64,000 nucleotides of DNA, taken from the NCBI GenBank assembly GCA_902607585.1, contig CACLKP010000002.1, positions 2,408-66,407 of the forward strand. Reading direction: 5' to 3'. This DNA comes from an uncultured Pelagibacteraceae bacterium (GTDB lineage: Bacteria; Pseudomonadota; Alphaproteobacteria; Pelagibacterales; Pelagibacteraceae). The notes under the pieces were generated by a model that did no database searches, was not told the DNA's origin, and worked only from the letters and a program-made list of their open reading frames with translations. Position 1 is the stretch's first letter. Each line of letters opens with the position of its first letter. Below, in pieces: positions 24,686 through 37,039 of this stretch. Made by a program: the position numbers and the translations under genes.

Positions 24686-25384
24686 ATGAGTCACACAATC
24701 GCATTGGTAGATGATGACAGAAACATACTTACCAGCATAAGTATGGCGCTAGAAAACGAGGGATTTAAGGTCCAAACTTATATTGACGCAGAAAATGCCC
24801 TAGTCGGCATTAGTAGAAATCCACCTGATTTAGCAGTTATAGATATTAAAATGCCTAGAATGGACGGAGAGGAGCTACTTAAAAGATTAAGAAAAAAAAC
24901 AGCAATTCCAATAATATTTTTAACTTCCAAAGACGAGGAGGTTGATGAATTGTTAGGCTTAAAGCTTGGAGCAGATGATTTTATTAAAAAATCTGGAGGA
25001 TTTTCTATTAAAGTTTTGGTCGAAAGAATAAGAGTTCAGCTAAGAAAAAAAACAAGCAATATAGATGATTCAAAAAATCTTATTAAACATGGAAAACTTG
25101 TACTAGATCCTTCTCAGCTAGAATGTGTGTGGGGCGGAAAGTCACTTCCGGAAAAATTAACAACAACGGAATTTTTAATTGTTAAAGAACTTGCAAAAAG
25201 ACCAGGCATAATCAAAGAGAGAGCTCAGTTAATGGATATAGCGTACAAAGATAATAATGATATTGAAGATAGAACTATAGATAGTCATGTTAAAAGAATT
25301 AGAAAAAAATTCAAAAAAGTGGACCTAAATTTTTCAGCAATAGAAACAAGATATGGTAGCGGGTATAGGTGGAATGTTAGCTAA
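24686..25384 (+). CDS. chvI: OmpR-family response regulator ChvI/BvrR type
   Basis: The 232-aa ORF contains IALVDDDRNILTSISMALE...DIKMPRMDGEELL..LR....IPIIFLTSKDEEVDEL.GLK.GADDF, which closely matches ChvI as I recall it. Confidence 0.85.
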   Translation: MSHTIALVDDDRNILTSISMALENEGFKVQTYIDAENALVGISRNPPDLAVIDIKMPRMDGEELLKRLRKKTAIPIIFLTSKDEEVDELLGLKLGADDFIKKSGGFSIKVLVERIRVQLRKKTSNIDDSKNLIKHGKLVLDPSQLECVWGGKSLPEKLTTTEFLIVKELAKRPGIIKERAQLMDIAYKDNNDIEDRTIDSHVKRIRKKFKKVDLNFSAIETRYGSGYRWNVS

Positions 25385-26931
25385 TGAAATTTAATTTTTT
25401 TAGTACAAGTTCAATATTAAAAAAATTTTTAATTTTTAATTTAATTGTTTTTTTAGTATTAGGTATTTTCACATTTTTATATCTTAATGCCATAAAACCT
25501 AATTTAATCAATAATAGATCTGACCATCATACAATAATTATAAATAATACATCTGATCATATTAAAAGATTAAATGTAGAATTTACTAAAGAAAGTGCGA
25601 CAAAATTCTTATTGTCTACAAGGTTTTTATTTCAAAATTTAGATCGTGTTCAATTATACGATTTAAATCCTAATTTGCTAGCAGATACGGATACTTTAGA
25701 TTTAGTTCAGGATGTCTTTATTAAAAGTCAAAATGTTCAAGAGACATCCATTGATAGGCTTGAAGAAAATACAAATATTAGTGAAAGTTTAAAAGAGGTC
25801 CAAACCATGACTTTCAATACAGAAAGTTATGTAAAAGAGTATTCTAAGAGAAAAGATATTAGTAATAAACTAATTATTAGCGAGACAATTAATAATAATT
25901 TTTATGTTATGACTGTAAATTCAGTAAATGTGGATGGAGAAAACAAAGGCTATATTATCGTTTCAGAAATTGCAAACGATATATTAGTTGCTGTTGATGA
26001 AAGAAAAAATTTTATACTAAGAACAGTTTTTTCAATAGCTTTAGTCATTTTTATTTTTTCCGTTTTTTTAAATAAATATATTTTAAAACCAATAAGATCT
26101 TTAGTTCTTTATACAAAAGCGATTAAGGAAAAGGATGTAAAGATAGGCAAACATGAAAAATATTTACTTAGAAAAGATGAAGTTGGTCAATTATCTAGAT
26201 CTTTAAATGAAATGACAGAAGATCTTTACAAAAGAATAAATGTAGCTGAAACATTTTCTTCAGACTTGGCCCATGAGATAAGAAATCCCCTCACTTCTTT
26301 AAGGAGTGCTTCGGAGGTTTTAGATAATACTAATGATAATGAAAAAAGAAAAAAACTAATAAAAGTTATAAGTCATGATGTAGAAAGAATTGAAAGATTA
26401 ATTACGGACTATTCACAAATGTTAAAAGATGAAGCGTCTTTATCTAGAGCAAAGATGGAAAAAATTGATCTAGCAAATGTGGTAGATTCTGTAGTTGAAG
26501 ACTTCAATAGTAACTTATTTAATTTAAATAAAAATATTAAAATTAATGTAAATAATTCTAATCTCAATGGATCCAAGTTAAATGTTTTAGGAGTAGAAAG
26601 TAAACTGGAACAAATTGTAGCCAATCTTTTAGATAATGCCGTTTCATTCAGTCCAACTAATAGTCAAATATCAGTTGTCTGCAATATTAAAAAAAGGGAT
26701 GCACAATTAATTATTGAAGATGAAGGTCCTGGTTTTAATGAAAAAAATATTGATAAAGTCTTTAATAGATTTTACAGCAATAGGCCTGAAAAGTTTGGGG
26801 AACATTCTGGTTTAGGATTAAATATTGTTAAAAACATTATAGAACTTCATGGAGGCTCAATTATCGTTTCTAATCAGATTGGTAACAAAAAAGGTGCAAG
26901 AATCGAAGTACTCTTGCCGATTTATAAATAA
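25384..26931 (+). CDS. chvG: sensor histidine kinase ChvG/ExoS/BvrS type
   Basis: The 515-aa ORF has two TM segments, a HAMP domain, the H-box FSSDLAHEIRNPLTSL, an N-box (LLDNA), and DEGPGF and GLGLNIV motifs. A TAATG stop/start overlap links it to chvI. Confidence 0.78.
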   Translation: MKFNFFSTSSILKKFLIFNLIVFLVLGIFTFLYLNAIKPNLINNRSDHHTIIINNTSDHIKRLNVEFTKESATKFLLSTRFLFQNLDRVQLYDLNPNLLADTDTLDLVQDVFIKSQNVQETSIDRLEENTNISESLKEVQTMTFNTESYVKEYSKRKDISNKLIISETINNNFYVMTVNSVNVDGENKGYIIVSEIANDILVAVDERKNFILRTVFSIALVIFIFSVFLNKYILKPIRSLVLYTKAIKEKDVKIGKHEKYLLRKDEVGQLSRSLNEMTEDLYKRINVAETFSSDLAHEIRNPLTSLRSASEVLDNTNDNEKRKKLIKVISHDVERIERLITDYSQMLKDEASLSRAKMEKIDLANVVDSVVEDFNSNLFNLNKNIKINVNNSNLNGSKLNVLGVESKLEQIVANLLDNAVSFSPTNSQISVVCNIKKRDAQLIIEDEGPGFNEKNIDKVFNRFYSNRPEKFGEHSGLGLNIVKNIIELHGGSIIVSNQIGNKKGARIEVLLPIYK

Positions 26932-26979
26932 TTAAAACCAAGCAATAAGTTGATAATTTTATATTAACTTGTTAAAAAG

Positions 26980-28278
26980 ATGAAAATTATGTCAGAAGAT
27001 TTTAAAGTAAAAGATATTAATCAAGCAGATTTTGGACGTAAAGAAATTGCAATAGCTGAAAGCGAAATGCCTGGTTTAATGGCATTACGTAAAGAATTTA
27101 AAGATAAAAAACCTCTTAAAGGAGCCAGAATTTTGGGATGTTTGCATATGACAATACAAACTGCAGTTTTAATTGAAACTCTGGTTGAATTAGGTGCGGA
27201 TGTCAGATGGTCTTCATGCAATATTTTTTCAACGCAAGATCACGCAGCCGCAGCAATAGCCAAAAGAGGAATTCCAGTCTATGCCTGGAAAGGAGAAACA
27301 GAAGAAGAATACATATGGTGTATAAAACAAACTATAGAAGGGAAAAAAGATTGGAAACCTAATATGCTTTTAGATGACGGAGGTGATCTAACAGCTTTAA
27401 TGCATAAAGATTATAAAGATCTTCTTAAATCGGTAAAGGGACTTTCAGAGGAAACCACAACAGGAATTAAGGCTTTAGAGAAAATGGAAACAGAAAAAAA
27501 ACTTTTGGTCCCAGCAATAAATGTAAATGACTCAGTAACTAAATCCAAATTCGATAATTTGTATGGATGCAGAGAAAGTTTGGTCGATGGAATAAAAAGA
27601 GCTACGGATGTTATGATGTCAGGTAAAACTGCTATAGTTGCTGGATTTGGCGATGTAGGCAAAGGAAGCGCTGCCTCACTGAGACAAAACGGAGCTAGAG
27701 TAATGGTTACCGAAGCAGACCCCATTTGTGCTCTACAGGCTGCTATGGAGGGTTATAAAGTTGTTTTAATGGAAGACGCAATAGCTGATGCTGATATAGT
27801 TGTAACAGCTACAGGTAATAAAGATATTGTTACAGCTGATCATATGAGAAAAATGAAAGATCGTTCCATACTTTGCAACATTGGCCATTTTGATAAAGAA
27901 ATTCAGGTTGAAGCGCTTAGAAATTATAAATGGACTGAAATTAAACCTCAGGTTCATGAAATAGAGTTCCCGGACAAAAAACGAGTATTACTTTTAGCTG
28001 AAGGAAGACTGGTTAATTTAGGGTGTGCAACAGGTCATCCAAGTTTTGTTATGAGCGCTTCATTCACTAATCAAGTGATTGCACAAATGGAGCTTTGGAA
28101 AAATTCTGAAAAATATGAAAAAAAAGTTTATGTTTTACCTAAACATTTGGATGAAAAAGTTGCGATGCTTCATTTAAACAAAGTTGGTGCCAAACTAACA
28201 AAACTTTCGAAGAGTCAGGCTGATTATATAAGTATTGATGTTAATGGCCCATTTAAATCTGATAGCTATCGCTACTAG
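26980..28278 (+). CDS. ahcY: adenosylhomocysteinase
   Basis: The 432-aa ORF has [15 protein letters not shown], the NAD-binding [15 protein letters not shown] and a C-terminal SD.YRY. The start could be ATG 26980 or 26989. Confidence 0.96.
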   Translation: MKIMSEDFKVKDINQADFGRKEIAIAESEMPGLMALRKEFKDKKPLKGARILGCLHMTIQTAVLIETLVELGADVRWSSCNIFSTQDHAAAAIAKRGIPVYAWKGETEEEYIWCIKQTIEGKKDWKPNMLLDDGGDLTALMHKDYKDLLKSVKGLSEETTTGIKALEKMETEKKLLVPAINVNDSVTKSKFDNLYGCRESLVDGIKRATDVMMSGKTAIVAGFGDVGKGSAASLRQNGARVMVTEADPICALQAAMEGYKVVLMEDAIADADIVVTATGNKDIVTADHMRKMKDRSILCNIGHFDKEIQVEALRNYKWTEIKPQVHEIEFPDKKRVLLLAEGRLVNLGCATGHPSFVMSASFTNQVIAQMELWKNSEKYEKKVYVLPKHLDEKVAMLHLNKVGAKLTKLSKSQADYISIDVNGPFKSDSYRY

Positions 28279-28288
28279 TTAGTAGTAG

Positions 28289-28744
28289 ATGCAATTAAAA
28301 TCACTAGAAGATACTCAAAATTTTTCAAAGAATATTTCTAAAATAATAAGTTCAGGCGATATAATTTTTCTTTATGGTGATATTGGTGTTGGCAAAACAA
28401 CATTTGTACGGTTTTTAATTAATCACCTAGAAAGCAAAAATGGAATAAAAAAAAGCGATGTATTAAGTCCAACTTTCAATATAGTTTATGATTATGATAT
28501 TGGGAATTTAAAAATTCTCCATTATGACCTATACAGACTAAAAAATTATAAAGATATTTCTCAATTAGGTATGTTTGAAACTTCAAATGATAGTATTAAA
28601 ATTGTAGAATGGCCCGAGTTAATTAAGTCAAAACCAAATGATAGAGTTGATATTCAATTTCAATATTCAAAATTAATAGATTCTAGAAAAATTAAAATTG
28701 TTGGTATTGGAAAATGGAAAGATTATAAATTTAATGGAATCTAA
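28289..28744 (+). CDS. tsaE: tRNA t6A37 biosynthesis ATPase TsaE
   Basis: The 151-aa ORF has the P-loop GDIGVGKTTFVR, plus SPTF and HYDLYRL motifs. Confidence 0.87.
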   Translation: MQLKSLEDTQNFSKNISKIISSGDIIFLYGDIGVGKTTFVRFLINHLESKNGIKKSDVLSPTFNIVYDYDIGNLKILHYDLYRLKNYKDISQLGMFETSNDSIKIVEWPELIKSKPNDRVDIQFQYSKLIDSRKIKIVGIGKWKDYKFNGI

Positions 28745-29702
28745 AATACTGCCAATTGCAGGAGATGCTTCATTTAGAACATTTTATAGATTTATCTCAA
28801 ACAAAAGCAGTAAAATTATTGTTTTTGCAAAAAAGGAAAAATATAAAAATTTAATTGCATATTCAGCAATTAATAAATTTTTGAGAATTAACAAAATATT
28901 AGCTCCCAAACTTTATGCACACAATTGTCCCAAAGGTAATATTATTATTGAAGATTTTGGGGATTTGTCCTTCCACAGAGTGTTGCTAAAAAAAAAAAAT
29001 AAATTAATAATTTACAAAAAACTAGTAGATTTGCTTATAAAGATTCAAAAAATAAAACCTAAATCAAAAATAAAAAGCATTAGTAATAGACCGCATGTAA
29101 TGAATGAATATTCAAATAAATATTTATTTAAAGAATCAGATTTATTTTTTGATTGGTACTTACCTTTGTTGGTAAGTAAAAAAAAGGCTTTAAATATTAA
29201 AATAAAATCGAAAAGGGTTTTGTCTAAAATATATAACAACCTGAATCTTTCCAATTCTTACTTCGTGCATAGAGATTATCACGTCCAAAATCTAATGAAG
29301 GTTGGTAAAAAAATAGGAGTAATAGATAGCCAAGATGCTTTAATTGGAAATCCGGCTTATGATTTGGTTTCGCTAATTGATGATGTGAGAATAAAAACTT
29401 CTACAAAGCTAAAAAATGAGATCTATAGTTATTATTTAAAAAAAACCTCAAAAATTCACAGAATTAATTCACAGAAATTTTTAGAAGATTTTAACGTACT
29501 GTCAGTTCAGAGAAGTTTAAAAATAATAGGTATTTTTTCAAGACTTTTCAAAAGAGACAAAAAAAATCAATATTTAAAGTTCATACCTTATACCTGGCAA
29601 TTATTAACAATGAGAATGGATTCAGAAATTTTTTCAGAATTAAAAAAAATTCTTGATAGTAATATTCCAAAAAAGTTTAGAAAAAAAATTATGCATAAAT
29701 GA
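28734..29702 (+). CDS. aminoglycoside-phosphotransferase-fold kinase (AmgK-like sugar kinase family)
   Basis: It has GDASFRTFYR near the N-terminus and the HRDYHVQNLM and IDSQDA catalytic motifs. It follows tsaE, as is common in alphaproteobacteria. I prefer ATG 28734 (MESKIL) to the track's 28698 start. Substrate is unknown. Confidence 0.7.
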   Translation: MESKILPIAGDASFRTFYRFISNKSSKIIVFAKKEKYKNLIAYSAINKFLRINKILAPKLYAHNCPKGNIIIEDFGDLSFHRVLLKKKNKLIIYKKLVDLLIKIQKIKPKSKIKSISNRPHVMNEYSNKYLFKESDLFFDWYLPLLVSKKKALNIKIKSKRVLSKIYNNLNLSNSYFVHRDYHVQNLMKVGKKIGVIDSQDALIGNPAYDLVSLIDDVRIKTSTKLKNEIYSYYLKKTSKIHRINSQKFLEDFNVLSVQRSLKIIGIFSRLFKRDKKNQYLKFIPYTWQLLTMRMDSEIFSELKKILDSNIPKKFRKKIMHK

Positions 29703-31660
29703 AAATACCAGTTCTTTTCCCAAAAATTTTTGATTATCCGTTTACATACAAAAGTGAAATTCCTGAATTATTAAATCCAGGTGATTTTGTAAAAGCTCCA
29801 TTTGGTTCTAGCGAAATTACTGGAGTAGTTTGGCCATATGAGCAAAAAACTGAAAAAAATTTTAAAATAAAAAAAATTTCAAAAAAAATAGATGTAAAAA
29901 ATTTAAATTCTTCAATGATTGAATTTATATCTTGGTTTTCAAAATATAACTTAGTGCCTTTAGGCATGTCTCTTAAGATGTGTTTATTAAATAAAGATGT
30001 GGTTGAGAAAGATTTTAATAACGAATTTGTTAAATTTAAAATCAAGAAGAGTAGAAATAAATTTGTATTAAATACGGAGCAAAAAGAATCACTGTCTTTT
30101 ATGAGAAGTGTTGGAAATAATTATAATGTTACTGTACTTGAGGGAGTTGCAGGATCAGGAAAGACCCTGGTTTATTTTGAAAGAGTTAAAGATCTTACCA
30201 ATAAAGGATTTCAAGCATTAATATTACTTCCTGAAATTGCTCTAACAAATCAATTTAGTAGACGATTTCAAGAATTTTTTGGTACGGAGCCAGCAATTTG
30301 GCATTCGGGAACTACGAAAAAAAATAAATCTATAATTTGGAAAGGTATAACAGAGGGAAAAATTAAAATAATTATAGGGGCAAGATCGTCACTTTTTTTA
30401 CCATTTAAAAATTTAGGAATAATTGTCGTTGATGAAGAACACGACGTATCTTACAAACAAGACGAGGGAGTTTCTTACAATGCAAGAGATATGGCAATTA
30501 CAAGAGCTTCGTTAGAAAATATTCCTATAAATTTAGTAACCTCCATACCTTCTATAGAAACTTACAATAATATTGTTAACAAAAAGTATTATATAACTAA
30601 ACTAAACAAGAGATACAGAGAAGCGTCTTTGCCAAATATTGAAATTATCAATCTACATTCCGAAGTTTTAAACAGTCAGTCTTGGATAGCAAATAAAACA
30701 ATAAGTAAAGTTAACCAGTATTTAAAAAAAGGAGATCAAGTATTATTTTTTTTGAATCGGAGAGGTTATGCCCCATTCGTAATTTGTAAAAAATGTGGAT
30801 ATAAATTTCAATGTCCTAATTGTGCAGTAAACTTAAATTTTCATAGAAAATTGAACAGGCTACTTTGCCATTATTGTGGTCACAAATCTTTATTATCAAG
30901 GATATGCAAAGATAACAAAAAATGTGATTTATTATTTTGTGGACCCGGTGTGGAAAGAATTTTTGCTGAATTAAAAAAAATATATCCAAATAAAAAAGTA
31001 GAAATATTTTCTAGCGACACTTTAAAAAAAAATAAATTTACCAATACACTTTTAAAAAAAGTTGAAAAGAAGAAAATAGATATTTTGGTAGGAACTCAAT
31101 TATTATCAAAAGGTTTTCATTTTCCAAAATTAAACTGTATCGTTGTTGTTGATGGTGATTTTTCATCTCATGGATATGATCTCAGATCGGCAGAAAAGAA
31201 TATTCAATTGTACCATCAATTGGCTGGAAGAGCAGGAAGAGAAGGTAATACATCAACAATCTATTTTCAAACATACACCCCTGATGACGAAGTTCTTTTA
31301 AATATATCTAAAAATGATCCACACGCATTTCTACAAAAAGAACTTTTATTAAGAAAAGAAAAAAAACTTCCTCCATTTTATCGACTTATATCTCTAATTA
31401 TATCCGGAAAAAACGAACCTTTAATTATGAAATTTGCAACAAGCATTAAATCAAAACTTCCTCAAATAAATGAGGTAAATATTTTAGGTCCTGTTCTTGC
31501 TCCAATTACTAAATTAAAAAAAAAATATAGATGTAGAATTTTGATAAGATATCCAAAAAATTTATTTATACAGAAATATTTGTCTCAGTCTTTGAATAAA
31601 ATTAAAATTGTATCAGGAATAAAACTAGAGGTTGATGTGGATCCGATTAATTTCAGTTAA
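29699..31660 (+). CDS. priA: primosomal replication-restart helicase PriA
   Basis: The 653-aa ORF has Walker A (GVAGSGKT), DEEHD, a Cys-rich zinc region (CKKCGY.F.CPNC...CHYCG) and GRAGR. An ATGA overlap links it to the upstream gene. Confidence 0.9.
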   Translation: MKIPVLFPKIFDYPFTYKSEIPELLNPGDFVKAPFGSSEITGVVWPYEQKTEKNFKIKKISKKIDVKNLNSSMIEFISWFSKYNLVPLGMSLKMCLLNKDVVEKDFNNEFVKFKIKKSRNKFVLNTEQKESLSFMRSVGNNYNVTVLEGVAGSGKTLVYFERVKDLTNKGFQALILLPEIALTNQFSRRFQEFFGTEPAIWHSGTTKKNKSIIWKGITEGKIKIIIGARSSLFLPFKNLGIIVVDEEHDVSYKQDEGVSYNARDMAITRASLENIPINLVTSIPSIETYNNIVNKKYYITKLNKRYREASLPNIEIINLHSEVLNSQSWIANKTISKVNQYLKKGDQVLFFLNRRGYAPFVICKKCGYKFQCPNCAVNLNFHRKLNRLLCHYCGHKSLLSRICKDNKKCDLLFCGPGVERIFAELKKIYPNKKVEIFSSDTLKKNKFTNTLLKKVEKKKIDILVGTQLLSKGFHFPKLNCIVVVDGDFSSHGYDLRSAEKNIQLYHQLAGRAGREGNTSTIYFQTYTPDDEVLLNISKNDPHAFLQKELLLRKEKKLPPFYRLISLIISGKNEPLIMKFATSIKSKLPQINEVNILGPVLAPITKLKKKYRCRILIRYPKNLFIQKYLSQSLNKIKIVSGIKLEVDVDPINFS

Positions 31661-31760
31661 ACAGAGGATTTATTAGTCCTGAAAAGACAAAAAGATACAA
31701 TAGAAAATGTTGAATTTACTAATATAATCTCATACAAAACGAGTCTTTTAGGAGCAAAAA

Positions 31761-32318
31761 TTGAGTTCAAAATCAACATTTTCAAATTCCACATCAAAAA
31801 GTTATGCACTAGCTCTTTATGAGCTTGCAAAAGAAAATTCTGAATTAAATAAAGTTGAGGATGGAATGAATGGCATTAAGGTATTATTAAATGAAAGTTC
31901 TGATTTTAAAGAAATGATTTTAAATCCAACAGTAACAAAAGAAGAAAAAAATAAAGTAATTACTAAAATGGTTGCCCAATATAGCTTTTGCCAAAGTCTT
32001 AAAAAATTTCTGGGTTTTCTAACTATTAAAAATAGATTGTTTTTTTTAAATCAAATTATTGATAGTTTTTTAAACCTTGTATCAAGTAGTAAAGGAGAAT
32101 TAAAAGCAAAGCTTTTATCTTCAAAAGAACTGTCAAAAGCGGAACTAGAAAAAATTCGAAGTGAATTATCTAAGGATTTTCAGTCTCCAATTAAGATAGA
32201 CTACAAACATGACCCAAATTTAATAGGTGGACTAATTATTCAGGTTGGAAGTGTAATGGTTGATACTTCAATAAAAACTAAATTAAGACAATTACAAAAA
32301 AATATGATCGAGGCATAA
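31761..32318 (+). CDS. atpH: F1 ATP synthase subunit delta (OSCP)
   Basis: The 185-aa ORF starts at a TTG preceded by AGGAG 6 nt upstream. YALALYELA is typical of the N-terminus. It is the first gene of atpHAGDC. Confidence 0.85.
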   Translation: MSSKSTFSNSTSKSYALALYELAKENSELNKVEDGMNGIKVLLNESSDFKEMILNPTVTKEEKNKVITKMVAQYSFCQSLKKFLGFLTIKNRLFFLNQIIDSFLNLVSSSKGELKAKLLSSKELSKAELEKIRSELSKDFQSPIKIDYKHDPNLIGGLIIQVGSVMVDTSIKTKLRQLQKNMIEA

Positions 32319-32319
32319 T

Positions 32320-33852
32320 ATGCAAATTAATCCATCAGAAGTAACAAAAATTTTAAAAGAGCAGATTAAAAAATTTGGAGAAAAAGCCGAAGTCTCTGAA
32401 GTTGGTCAGGTGCTTTCAGTTGGAGATGGTATAGCTAGAGTTTATGGTTTGGACAATGTTCAAGCTGGGGAAATGGTTGAGTTTTCCAGCGGAGTAAAAG
32501 GCATGGCCTTAAACTTAGAAAATGACAATGTTGGCGTAGTTATATTTGGTGATGATAGATCAATCAAAGAAGGGGATGTCGTTAAAAGAACAAAAGCAAT
32601 TGTAGATGCGCCAGTAGGAAAAAATTTATTAGGTAGAGTAGTTGATGCGTTGGGAAATCCTATAGACGGTAAAGGTGATTTGGATAAAAAAATAGAAAGA
32701 AAAAGAGTTGATGTAAAAGCACCTGGAATAATACCTAGACAATCAGTAAACCAACCTATGCAGACAGGACTTAAAGCGATTGATAGTTTAATTCCGATTG
32801 GACGAGGTCAAAGAGAATTAATAATTGGCGATAGACAAACGGGAAAGACAGCCATAGCTATTGATACGATTATTAATCAAAAAGAAATAAATAAATCAGG
32901 TGAAAAGAAAGACAAACTTTATTGTATTTATGTTGCGATAGGTCAAAAGAGATCAACCGTTGCTCAGATTTTGAAATCCTTAGAAGATGCAGGCGCAATG
33001 GAATATACAACTATAGTTTCAGCAACAGCATCAGACCCTGCTCCACTTCAATTTTTAGCTCCATATACTGGCTGTACTATGGGAGAATATTTTAGAGACA
33101 ACGGTATGCATGCATTAATAATTTACGATGATTTATCTAAGCAGGCTGTAGCTTATAGACAAATGTCGCTTTTATTACGAAGACCGCCTGGCAGAGAAGC
33201 TTACCCTGGCGATGTATTTTATTTACATAGTAGATTGCTCGAGCGTGCAGCAAAACTTAATGATGAGAAAGGTGGAGGATCTTTAACAGCATTACCAATA
33301 ATTGAAACACAGGCTGGAGACGTTTCGGCATACATTCCAACGAATGTAATTTCTATTACAGATGGTCAAATTTTCTTAGAAACAGAATTATTTAATCAAG
33401 GTATAAGGCCTGCGGTTAACGTTGGATTGTCAGTTTCGAGAGTAGGTTCAGCAGCACAAACTAAAGCAATGAAAAAAGTTGCAGGTTCAATAAAACTAGA
33501 ACTCGCACAGTATAGAGAAATGGCTGCTTTTGCTCAATTTGGTTCCGATTTAGATGCTTCCACTCAAAAATTATTAAACAGAGGATCAAAACTAACTGAG
33601 CTTTTAAAACAAGATCAATACTCTCCTATGCCGGTCGCTCAGCAAGTAATAGCTGTGTTTGCTGGTGTGAGAGGTTTTTTAGATGATGTAGAGTTAATTA
33701 ATATAAAAAATATTGAAAAACAAATTTACGAAGAAATTAAATCTTCCAGCCCAGATATTATTGATAGCATAAATAATACAGGAAAATTAGAAGAAGAAAT
33801 TGAAAAAAAATTAACTTCAATCATTGAACAATTTAAAAAGAAAAATAAATAA
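32320..33852 (+). CDS. atpA: F1 ATP synthase subunit alpha
   Basis: The 510-aa ORF has GDRQTGKT and is conserved throughout. Confidence 0.97.
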   Translation: MQINPSEVTKILKEQIKKFGEKAEVSEVGQVLSVGDGIARVYGLDNVQAGEMVEFSSGVKGMALNLENDNVGVVIFGDDRSIKEGDVVKRTKAIVDAPVGKNLLGRVVDALGNPIDGKGDLDKKIERKRVDVKAPGIIPRQSVNQPMQTGLKAIDSLIPIGRGQRELIIGDRQTGKTAIAIDTIINQKEINKSGEKKDKLYCIYVAIGQKRSTVAQILKSLEDAGAMEYTTIVSATASDPAPLQFLAPYTGCTMGEYFRDNGMHALIIYDDLSKQAVAYRQMSLLLRRPPGREAYPGDVFYLHSRLLERAAKLNDEKGGGSLTALPIIETQAGDVSAYIPTNVISITDGQIFLETELFNQGIRPAVNVGLSVSRVGSAAQTKAMKKVAGSIKLELAQYREMAAFAQFGSDLDASTQKLLNRGSKLTELLKQDQYSPMPVAQQVIAVFAGVRGFLDDVELINIKNIEKQIYEEIKSSSPDIIDSINNTGKLEEEIEKKLTSIIEQFKKKNK

Positions 33853-33858
33853 AATATT

Positions 33859-34740
33859 ATGCCAAGCTTAGATGATTTAAAAAAAAGAATTACAAGTGTT
33901 AAATCTACTCAAAAAATAACTAAAGCTATGAAAATGGTAGCAGCAGCCAAGTTAAGAAAAGCTCAGGAAAGCGCAGAAAAGGGAAGACCTTTTTCAGAAA
34001 AAATGAACAATATAATTCTTAATTTAAGCAGCTCAATTTCAGATAAGGAAAGTGCTTCAAAATTTTTGGTTGGTACCGGAAAAGACAATGTCTATTTATG
34101 TGTGGTTATTACGGCTGATAGAGGTCTTTGTGGTGGATTTAATACAAATATATGTAGAAAAGCTAAAAACTATTTTGAAAAAATTTTAAAAGAAGGAAAA
34201 ACACTTAAGATTTTTACAGTTGGTTCTAAAGGACATGACCAACTAAAAAGGGTATATGGCAGCTATATTATAGAGAAAACAAACTTTAAAGGATTTAAAA
34301 ATATTTCTTATAAAGAAGCAGAAGAAATTGGTAAAAAAATTATAAAATTATTTAATGATAATAAATTTGATGTTTGTAAAATATTTTATAATAAGTTTAA
34401 AAATGTAATTACACAAATTCCACAAGCACAACAAATTATACCTATTGAAAATGTACAAAATAAAAACGAGTATAAAAATTTAGAAAATTTTTATGAGTTT
34501 GAGCCTGAAGAAAACGAAATATTAGAAGATCTACTTCCTCGCAATATTTCAACTCAAATTTTTAAAGCATTTCTTGAAAATGCTGCTAGTGAACAAGGCT
34601 CTAGAATGACAGCTATGGATAATGCAACAAGAAATGCAGGTGATTTGGTCGATAAATTAACAATTACTTATAATAGAAGTAGGCAAGCAGCAATTACCAA
34701 AGAGTTGATTGAAATTATATCAGGAGCAGAAAGTTTATAA
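33859..34740 (+). CDS. atpG: F1 ATP synthase subunit gamma
   Basis: The 293-aa ORF has an N-terminal I.S...T.KITKAMKMVAAAKLRKAQ and a C-terminal QAAITKEL.EIISGAE. Confidence 0.95.
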   Translation: MPSLDDLKKRITSVKSTQKITKAMKMVAAAKLRKAQESAEKGRPFSEKMNNIILNLSSSISDKESASKFLVGTGKDNVYLCVVITADRGLCGGFNTNICRKAKNYFEKILKEGKTLKIFTVGSKGHDQLKRVYGSYIIEKTNFKGFKNISYKEAEEIGKKIIKLFNDNKFDVCKIFYNKFKNVITQIPQAQQIIPIENVQNKNEYKNLENFYEFEPEENEILEDLLPRNISTQIFKAFLENAASEQGSRMTAMDNATRNAGDLVDKLTITYNRSRQAAITKELIEIISGAESL

Positions 34741-36164
<1,424 letters not shown>

Positions 36165-36165
<1 letters not shown>

Positions 36166-36560
36166 TGGAAGAAAATTTTAAACTTGAAATAATAAGTCCA
36201 GAAAAAATTATTTACTCGCAAGATACAAAAATGGTTACACTTCCTTCGTATGAAGGTGATATGAGTATATTAAAAAATCACATTTCAATAATAACCTTTT
36301 TAAGACCAGGAATAATAAGAGCGCAAAATAAAGAAGGAAATTTTGAAGAATTTTTTGTCCAAGATGGAACTGTTGAATATTTTAATGACAATTTAGTTGT
36401 ACTCTCAGCTTCCGCAATAAATGTAAAAAGTTTATCTAAAGAGTTTGTGGACAATCTAAACAAAGACACCAAAGATAAACTTGCAGATAAGAATATTACA
36501 GATCACGATCGTTACATTCTTAATCACAAACTTGATGTGCTCAAAGAAATACGAGTCTAA
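36165..36560 (+). CDS. atpC: F1 ATP synthase subunit epsilon
   Basis: The 131-aa ORF has a TAATG overlap with atpD and is the last gene of the operon. Confidence 0.9.
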
Positions 36561-37033
36561 TTTAAGCTTAAAGAAGTTAATTCTTCCTTAATTTTCTTAT
36601 AAATATCTACTTTGAAGTGTACAGCGACGTCAGGTAATTTTGAAAGTTCAATCCATTTCCAATCAAAGAATTCTGGATTTTTCGTTTTGACATTTATTTC
36701 ATTAGGTTTCCCTATAAATTTCATAACAAACCATTTTTGTTTTTGTCCTTTATATTTACCGTTCCAGAGTTTACCTAGGAGATATTTTGGTAAATCATAT
36801 TTAAACCATCCATCTAATTCTTTTATTAATTTTACTGATTTTATCCCAGTTTCTTCTTCAAGTTCTCTTTTAGCCGCTTGTAAAAAGTTCTCATTTTGAT
36901 CAACTCCACCCTGCGGCATTTGCCAGGAATTTTTAGGATTATCTATTCTCTTGCCTACGAAAACATTATTTTCATTATTTAATAAAATTATTCCTACGCC
37001 AATTCTTAATGGTAATTTCTTGTTATTACCCAT
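36557..37033 (-). CDS. rppH: RNA pyrophosphohydrolase (Nudix)
   Basis: The 158-aa ORF has the Nudix box (GGVDQNENFLQAAKRELEEETGI) and WQMPQGG. It overlaps atpC convergently by 4 nt. Confidence 0.85.
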   Translation of the reverse strand: MGNNKKLPLRIGVGIILLNNENNVFVGKRIDNPKNSWQMPQGGVDQNENFLQAAKRELEEETGIKSVKLIKELDGWFKYDLPKYLLGKLWNGKYKGQKQKWFVMKFIGKPNEINVKTKNPEFFDWKWIELSKLPDVAVHFKVDIYKKIKEELTSLSLN

Positions 37034-37039
37034 TAAATT

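Noticed and set aside
28981-29000. A run of about 12 A inside the kinase-like CDS (and similar A/T homopolymers in other CDSs) considered as programmed slippage sites.
   Set aside because: The reading frames are intact across these runs, and the runs encode Lys strings as expected from AT bias. There is no evidence of frameshifting.
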